Origin: Zygophlyctis sp. KS116
Lineage: Eukaryota > Fungi > Chytridiomycota
Direction of reading: 5' to 3'
Assembly: GCA_054661495.1 (NCBI GenBank)
Contig: BAAFSQ010000092.1
Location: 3,792-35,791 of the forward strand
DNA: 32,000 nucleotides
Part shown: in pieces, positions 22,289 through 30,217 of the stretch
Layout: each line of letters opens with the position of its first letter
Numbering within the stretch: the stretch's first letter is position 1
Notes under the pieces: model-generated
Databases searched by the model: none
What the model saw: the letters and a program-made list of their open reading frames with translations, nothing else
What the model was told of the DNA's origin: nothing
Position numbers and translations under genes: made by a program

Positions 22289-23047
22289 CTATTTTTTCGG
22301 CTTTTTGCCTTCGGAACCAGGTCTTGCTGTCTTTCCCTTTTTCCCTTCGAAACCAGGTCTTGCTTTCTTTCCCTTTTTCCCCTTTCCTTTTGCATTCCTT
22401 GCCTTTTTATTTTGAATATTCTCTAATCTCTTTTTTTGTCTTTCCTTGATTGACAGGGCAGTATTTTTAATTCTATTTTTCCATTCTTTTTCAGATTTCT
22501 TCTTTATAGTTTTTGTTCTTTGTATAGATTTTCTCAATAGAGTTGGATCATCCTTTACTTTTTTACCATTTGCGAGAGCCTCTGCTTTTTTCCATTCATG
22601 TTCTTGAGTCAATTCCAAAGATTTTGAGGGATCAACTTTTTCCAATTCTTTAATCTTTTGCTTTTTTTTCAAAATAGTTGCCAACTGTCCCTGAGCATCT
22701 CTCTTTTTCCCTTTTGTTACTTGAGCATTATCATTATGAATATTAAAATTTAAGTTTAGTGCCTTTTCCTTTTGAGATTTTTGTACTGATTCTAGTGCAT
22801 TTTCCTTTTCCTGAAACTCTTGCTTGTCATCATTCCCTGAGAGATCAGTTGCAACAACATCCTTTGTAGGAGATTTACTAGTCTTTGGTCTCTTTAATAA
22901 AGAATTTTTAGAAATTTTATTCAGGAATTTTGGGGATTTACTGACTGAAATTTCAGTCTTTTTGTATTCCTTGTGTTTCGAGTCTTGATAAAAAGATTCT
23001 GGGATCAGTGACTTTAATTTAAGAAATTTAGAATTCCAATTTTCCAT
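22289..23047 (-). CDS. SURF6/Rrp14 nucleolar ribosome biogenesis protein
   Basis: W.KA..LANGKKVKDDPTLLRKS, KKKSEKEW..R and RPGFEG signature motifs. Confidence 0.88.
   Translation of the reverse strand: MENWNSKFLKLKSLIPESFYQDSKHKEYKKTEISVSKSPKFLNKISKNSLLKRPKTSKSPTKDVVATDLSGNDDKQEFQEKENALESVQKSQKEKALNLNFNIHNDNAQVTKGKKRDAQGQLATILKKKQKIKELEKVDPSKSLELTQEHEWKKAEALANGKKVKDDPTLLRKSIQRTKTIKKKSEKEWKNRIKNTALSIKERQKKRLENIQNKKARNAKGKGKKGKKARPGFEGKKGKTARPGSEGKKPKK
22302..22373. repeat. 36-bp tandem duplication at the SURF6 3' end
   Basis: tttttgccttcggaaccaggtcttgctgtctttccc / tttttcccttcgaaaccaggtcttgctttctttccc duplicate the ARPG(F/S)EGKK motif. Confidence 0.85.
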
Positions 23048-23051
23048 TTAA

Positions 23052-23157
23052 TTTTCAAGGGCTTAAAAGGGGATAATTCCTATATTATTAGATTTTTAAA
23101 CACTATTAAAATTTTGTTGCTCTTGTTGAAATATTTACCCTTTTCAACCCTTGAAAA
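23052..23157. repeat. 20-bp inverted repeat (18/20 match) with a 66-nt spacer in the divergent promoter
   Basis: ttttcaagggcttaaaaggg (23052-23071) versus cccttttcaacccttgaaaa (23138-23157). Confidence 0.65.
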
Positions 23158-23312
23158 AATTATGAAAACCCACTGCGCATTTTTGTAAAAATTTTATTTT
23201 TTAATTTTTCTCAATTCAGGGTTCTTATTTTTCTAATCTTAGGGTTCTTTTTGAGATTGTCCATAACCTACTTAGTAAAGCTGTAAAGTATGCCTAGGTT
23301 TCAATTTAAAAA

Positions 23313-26210
23313 ATGAACAAATTCATTCAACAAAATCCAAATTTCTCATTGATTGGGTTACTAATTGGTAAAATATATCAAAGCTCGCTAGGAATATTTA
23401 GTCAAGATTTCAAGCCTGTGCTTCTATTTAAACAATTGAATAGAGAAACTAATAAAGATGCGCTAGAATCTACTCAAATAGATGAATGGATAGATTTCTT
23501 AAATGAAGGAATTTCTTTAAATTCTCTTGAAAAACATTTACAATTAAGATCTTTTTTAGTGGGTTATAAACTATCATTGGCTGATGTTTTGATTTGGGGA
23601 TTTTTGGCTCAGGATTATAAAAAAAAGAATTTTGTGAATCTAAATAGATGGTTTGATTCCATAAATTCAATTCCGGTTTTCAAGGAATCTTTACAGGAAT
23701 TTAAAAAAATTGGAAATAAGGATCAACAAGGGAATTTTGATATTCAGTTGAAAAATGCTGAAATGGGAAAAGTGGTGACTAGATTTCCTCCTGAACCTTC
23801 AGGTTATTTACATATTGGTCATGCAAAGGCTGCATTATTAAATGATTATTTTGCGAAATTATACAAGGGGAAATTACTTCTTAGATTTGATGATACTAAT
23901 CCTTCAAAAGAGAAAATGGAGTATGAGAATTCTATAAAGGAAGATTTGGAATTATTAGGAATTAAAGCAGACTCGGTGTCTCATACTTCTGATCATTTCT
24001 CAAAGATTTATGATTATGCAATTACCATGATAAAATCTGGGCTTGCATATGTTGATGATACTGATCAGGAAACAATGAGAGCTCAAAGATTTGATGGAAT
24101 AGAGTCAAAATGTAGAAACAAGTCTGTCGAGGAGAATTTAAGAGATTTTGAAGAAATGAAAAATGGGACTGCATTTGGTTTAAAATCATGTCTAAGGGCG
24201 AAAATTGATATGACAGATAAGAATAAGGCGATGAGAGATCCAGTGATTTATAGATGTAATCTTATTCCTCATCCTCATACAGGAACTACTTATAAAATGT
24301 ATCCTACTTATGATTTTGTATGCCCAATTGTGGATTCTATTGAAGGCGTGACTCATGCTTTACGTACAAATGAATATAGAGATCGTAATCCACAATACGA
24401 ATGGTTCTTAAAGGCTTTGAATCTTCGTTGGGTTCATATTTGGGATTATTCAAGACTTAATTTTGTTTACACCTTATTATCCAAGCGTAAATTGACATGG
24501 TTTGTTGAACAGGGTCTTGTATCTGGCTGGGATGATCCTCGATTTGCCACTGTTAGGGGTATTAGAAGACGTGGAATGACTATTGAAGCTTTAAGGTCTT
24601 ATATTTTGAGTCAAGGGGCATCTCAAAGAGAATTATCCTTGGAATGGGATAAGCTGTGGAATACAAACAAGAAAGTTATTGATCCAGTTGCATCTAGATA
24701 TACTGCTCTAATCAAGGATAAACTGTATATTTTAAATATTTTTAAAAATTAGTGTGAAAGTAAACGTATTAGATTCTGTTAAACCTCATGAAAAAACACT
24801 TCCAAAGCATAAGAAAAATCCTGAAGTAGGAACTAAAATTACTTCTTACTCCTCTAAATTATATTTAGAGTTTGAGGATGCCAAAGATCTTGTTGAAGAA
24901 GAAGAGGTCACATTTATGGATTGGGGTAATGTGATTGTCAAAAAAGTTAATTGGAATGCAGAAAAATCGTCTTTAGAATCAATCGACATTTCATTACACT
25001 TGGAGGGCGATTTTAAGAAAACAAAGAAGAAACTAACGTGGTTATCGGACGGGGAAGGATTATCTGCAGATCGTGGCCTAGTCAACGTTCTACTTTTAGA
25101 TTATGATTACCTTATTACGAAAAAGAAATTAGAAGAAGATGATGAATTAGAAAAGTTTATCACTCCTGTGACAGAATTCAAGTCATTTGCCGTTGGAGAT
25201 GGAAATCTTCGGCTTTTGAAAAAAGGTAAGGCGTAAATAAACTCATTCTATAGGTGATGTAATACAATTCGAGCGAAAAGGATATTATATCTGTGATAAG
25301 CCTTTCGACGCTTCTAATCCAAATTCTGACATCCACTTTATTCTTATTCCAGATGGTAAAGTAGCGAATATGACTTCAAAAGCAACAGAGGCTGTTACTA
25401 AGGATTCGGGAAAGGCTAAGCAGAGCAAGAAAGCAGAAAAGATGCCAAAAGCTCCACTGAACTCAAAAAATAAGATGTATGCCATGGATAGCATATATGA
25501 TGAAAGTGTTCGAATAGATCAATCCAAGGTTTCCAAAATGTACCCGATGGATAGTGTGTGCGTTGATCAAACAGAAATCGAGACGGCTAGCATAGCAGTC
25601 AAAACGCAAAATGCCGTCCCAAATTCAAAAACAGACTCGCCTAAAAAATCAAAACCTGCCAAGCAACAAACTCCAGCTCAAGAAGGTAAGTTTTTCAATT
25701 TTTGATATCTTAGCGTCAATTATCTCCAAACTAGATATTGTAGTTGGGAAAATTCTGTCCGTATCCAAACATCCTGATGCTGATACTCTCTATGTTGAAG
25801 AAATAGATGTTGGAGAAGAAGCACCCAGGACAGTCGTATCAGGCCTAGTTAAATTTATGAAACCAGAGGACATGAAGGATAAGACAATTCTAGTTTTAAA
25901 GAATCTCAAGCCTGTATCGATGAGAGGAGTCAAATCTCATGCAATGGTCCTTTGCGCTTCTGATTCTACTCATGAAAAAGTTGAATTTCTGATCCCTCCC
26001 GCCGGATCACTTCCTGGAGAGTCTGTGTACTTTGAAGGCCATGAAGGGACTCCTGAACTTCAACTAAACCCCAAGAAGAAGGTCTGGGAAAGTATCCAAC
26101 CTGATTTCTCCACTCGCGATGACTTGGTAGCTACATGGAAAGGAGTTGAATGGCGTACAAAACGAGGACTAGTTAAAACACCATCCATTCCAAAGGCCAC
26201 AATCAAATAA
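23313..26210 (+). CDS. GUS1: Cytosolic glutamyl-tRNA synthetase with N-terminal GST-like domain and C-terminal EMAPII/Arc1p-like tRNA-binding domain
   Basis: [44 protein letters not shown]. Three 28-nt introns (24725-24752, 25226-25253, 25686-25713) keep one frame through to [23 protein letters not shown]...RTVVSGL...[20 protein letters not shown]...LNPKKKVWE. Confidence 0.92.
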
Positions 26211-26246
26211 AACATTTGGAAGTTTTTTAAAATTAAAATCTCTTCT

Positions 26247-27089
26247 TTAATCTTCATCCATTTCAGTTTGCAGTGAAGCCTTTGCCAATCTTTCAGCTTC
26301 TCCCAATACTTGTTTAGGAACAAATTGATGAAGTCCGTTTGACTCTTGACACGCCCAACTCATCTCCAATTCAAATTCTTTATCCTTTACATCATCATGA
26401 ACCATGTAAATACTAAAATATTAAATTTCCAATAAATTTACATTCTAGCAGCTTCTTTTACAGCTTGCTGAACAGTTAATTCTTGAAAATTAAGTTTTTC
26501 CAACTCTGTCTTTGCCAACTGCTTTCCTTTCCCACAAGCTACAGCAAAATATCCCTAAATCTTTTAAAAGAAAAAAAAGATTACATGATACATACCACTT
26601 GGCTCAATCATCATTAGCCTTGGACTTCCATCTTCATCCAAACACCCCAAGATTGCTGAAACACCAAAAGGTCTAACGGAACCGTACAAAGTGTAAGCCT
26701 GTACATACTGAGAGGTTCTCTCTGAAAGCATTCTAGCAGATATTGGTTTTTTATAAGTATCTCTATACTGTTTTGCTTCTTGTCTCGCTCGATTGACTAA
26801 ATGTCTCGCATCCGCAACCAAACCAGCCGATGTCATTCCTACATGCGAATCTACAGTCTGAATCCGAACGTTTGAGCCTTGAACCAACAGTTTTGAAGGA
26901 ACGAGTTTTTCCACCGCCAAAACAATTCCATCCTTTGCTCTTATACCAATCGCAGTCCCTGAATTCTCAACAGCCTTGTTGGCGTATTCCACTTGAAATA
27001 TTCTACCGTCTGGTGAGTACGTCGAAGAAGATAAATCATACTGTTGTTAAAAATAGTCAAAAACTCACTCCAGTTCCAATTGAAGTCAT
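26247..27089 (-). CDS. PRE10: 20S proteasome subunit alpha-7 (PSMA3)
   Basis: MTSIGTG|YDLSSSTYSPDGRIFQVEYA, YTLYGSVRPFG, HDDVKDKEFELEMSW. Introns 27041-27068 (28), 26555-26584 (30), 26413-26441 (29). Confidence 0.96.
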
Positions 27090-27101
27090 TTAAAGTTTAT
27101 T

Positions 27102-28370
27102 TTAGAAACCTTGCCTCGCACCACAAAACTCAACGATGCGGTCACAAGCAATCTTCAAGTCCGATTTATGAACTGTAAATACAATTCTTACCCATGGACC
27201 ATCGCAATGAAAACACGATCCTGGAAGAACTAGAACCGACTCTGAAGATACCAAAGATTCTACAAATTCTAATTCACTTTTCACGCCCAAGACTTTCAAG
27301 TCTAGTTTAAGCATGAGATACATTGCTCCTTGAGGAAATACAATTTGAATTCCATTAGCTTTTGATAATATTTCACTTGCTAATTGTGCATTTTCTTGCA
27401 ATTGATCAATAGTTTCAGAAAAAAAAGAGTCTGGAAGAGACAAAAGTTTGGGAATAGCAGCTTGAATTAGAGAATTTGCACCAAGAGTCAACTGAGTTAG
27501 ACTCATTAATCCTTTTCTAATTTCATCTAAATTTTTTAAAGGATCATGAATTAATATCCAACCCACTCTCCATCCTGGAACTAACCATTTTTTAGCAAGT
27601 CCTCCAGTCGTCAAAATAGGAACATTTCCATTTAAAGAAGCCAAAGCATGAAAAGTAAATCCTTTGATATTATCAACCTGCTGTATTACCTTTAAACACC
27701 ATATCCGCATAAATTTCATCACTAATGACTGGCAAACTATACTTTTCTGCAATTTTTAAAATTTCTTGTAAATGTGATTTTGTATATACAGACCCACATG
27801 GATTAGAAGGATTATTTAATAGAATTGCACGTGTATTCTGATCAATACAATTCTCTAAAGACTCCAAATCAATTTCCCAATTACTCTATTAAATTAGAAA
27901 TTAAGTTTTACTAGTGGTTTCAACTTGTAAAATCTTGTTTGTATTCCTTTAGAAGAACATAATGTTTCATATAGAGCAAAACCTGGACTTGGTAAAATAA
28001 TATTATCTCCTTCATTTGCCAAGACTCCAATACATAGATTTAGCGCATCAGAACAACCAGACGCCAAAACTACATCAGCAGGCGTATAATTTACACCATT
28101 TTTAGAATAATATTTAGAGATTGCTTCTCTTGCCTCTAGAGTCCCAAAAGAAGGAACATAACCACTGCCTTTATAATTTTTAAGGCTATCGACGACTGCA
28201 TCAATTCCGTCTTGATGTAATTTAAAGTTTCCAGAGACTGTAGGATCTCCCAATGCCAAAGAAATAAACTTTTTGTTTGGATTTGGTTCAACATGAAGAG
28301 AATCAACAATAGATCTGATGGGATTAAACGTCCGACTGGAAACTGTAGATGCTGGAACTTGTGTAGTCAT
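27102..28370 (-). CDS. TAT: Tyrosine aminotransferase (PLP-dependent, class I)
   Basis: NPIRSIVD, LALGDPT, NNPSNPCGSV, SDEIY and GGLAKKWLVPGWRVGW. Introns 27886-27911 (26) and 27662-27689 (28). Confidence 0.92.
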
Positions 28371-28522
28371 TTTAAATCAGGCCTAATATTACAAATACAT
28401 TTAATACCTTTTAACTCTTGAACAGTGAGAATTCAACGCCAAACCGCCCGACTGTTAAGCGGTAATCGTTTATTACAATATTATACGGTTATTATTAGGA
28501 TATTATTACTTAAACAGTTGAA

Positions 28523-30203
28523 ATGGCCGAGATCAAACAGTCTGATCTACTCCTTCTTGTGGCCCAGTTTCTTCAACGATGCAATTTAAATCAGTCTGTC
28601 CAGCAGTTGGCCAAAGAAACTAATCTAAAATTTAATTTTGTGCCCAGTAAATTAGAAATTAAAGAATTGATTTTAAATGGATCAGTTTTGGAATTGTTGG
28701 AGAAAATGCAAAATTGGGAATTATCAGAAAAATGTGCTCAACAGGTTTATAAAATGATTTTTTATCAATTATTGGATGATCATGAAGTAGAGTTATCTAA
28801 TCAATTATTAATTAATGCACAAGCACTTAATTCTATAAGAGATTCAGATCCGCAGGAATATTTAAAACTTTCGGAAATGACTAGTGTTTCGGAGCGCGTT
28901 TTAAAGGAACAAAGGGAATTGGTTGTCAATGATTTATTGCAAGAATTAGAACAAGTAGGTTTTTGATAATCTCAATTAAAAGATTTCTGAAAATAGACTT
29001 TTGGAAGTTGTCGGTCAGGCTGTCAAGTGGCAGATTGATCAAGGTTTAATAGATCAAGATGGGGAATTGGATATATTAAGAGGTGGGATGAAGAGAGTTC
29101 AAAAGGAGACTTGTCAAAAAGTAACACATTTTTTCAAGGAAATAAAGGTAATTTTCTAAATAATTAAATCAAAAAGTTTTCTAAAAAACAGCATCCAGAA
29201 ATTTGTATTTTTTCTCCAAATGGAGAATATTTTGTTTCAGGTGCGGTGGATGGGTTCATTGAAGTTTGGAATTATATGACTGGAAAGTTGAGAAAGGATT
29301 TAGGATATCAGGCAGAAGTAATTTCTCATGTTTAATTTTAGAATAAAATGATGACGATGGAATCTGCTGTTTTGGCTCTTGGGTTTAGTTTAGATTCTCA
29401 GTATTTGGTTTCAGGGGGGCAAAATGGTCAAATAAAGGTTTAATTTTAAATTTGAAAATTTAGGCTTGGAGGATTCATTCTGGACAATTGATGCGAAAGA
29501 TTTCAAATGCTCATACACAAGGTGTAACTAGTGTTTCTTTTAATAGAGATTCATCTCATATACTCAGTGCTAGCTTTGATCATACTATAAGGTATTTTAA
29601 CAAGTTTAAAAAAAATAGAATTCACGGTCTTAAATCTGGAAAAATGTTAAAGGAATTTAGGGGACATTCTTCTTTTGTGAATCAGGCTTTATATTGTGAA
29701 GATTTTACAAAAATTATTTCTGCTTCAAGCGACGGGTCTGTGAAAGTTTGGGATTTAAAAACTACTACATGCCTTAAAACAATACTTTTATATCAAGGTA
29801 AACTAGGTTCAAAAGGTATACCTTCTCCAGTTGTGATGCATCTGACTATTGATCCTTCAAATCCTAAAAATGTTATTGCTGCTGATAGGTCACCCTTTTC
29901 TTATATCATTGATCTGAACGGATCTTTAATTAACAGTTTTCATTTAGAAAAACCGTCTGATACTTATTTTGTGAGTAGGTAAGAAACGTTCTTTTTAATT
30001 TTAGCACTATTTCTCCTTTAGGGAGATATATATATTCACCTACAGAGATGGGATCCGTCGCTGTGTTTGATACAGAGTCTGGGAAATTAGAATCGCTAAT
30101 TCATGTCACTGATAAAGAAGTGATTGGGATATGCCATCATCCATTCGCGAATATTGTAGCTATTTATGATGAAGAGGGGGATGTCAAATTTTGGAAGCCA
30201 TGA
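28523..30203 (+). CDS. SMU1: Spliceosomal B-complex WD40 protein SMU1 (divergent)
   Basis: LisH/CTLH N-terminus, [62 protein letters not shown] and C-terminal WKP*. Introns 28955-28982, 29148-29176, 29318-29341, 29438-29463, 29592-29618, 29979-30004. Confidence 0.92.
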
Positions 30204-30217
30204 GGGATATCATTCTA

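Noticed and set aside
25611-26210. Stand-alone ARC1/EMAPII gene as given in the ORF track
   Set aside because: The listed N-terminus is an off-frame reading of the GluRS linker. A canonical GTAAGT..TAG intron joins the domain in frame to GluRS.
1370-30203. Fragmented ORFs read as pseudogenes, programmed frameshifts or a non-standard genetic code
   Set aside because: All breaks except one are resolved by a GT..AG segment of 24-33 nt that restores conserved motifs. TAA, TAG and TGA all act as normal stops at expected protein ends.
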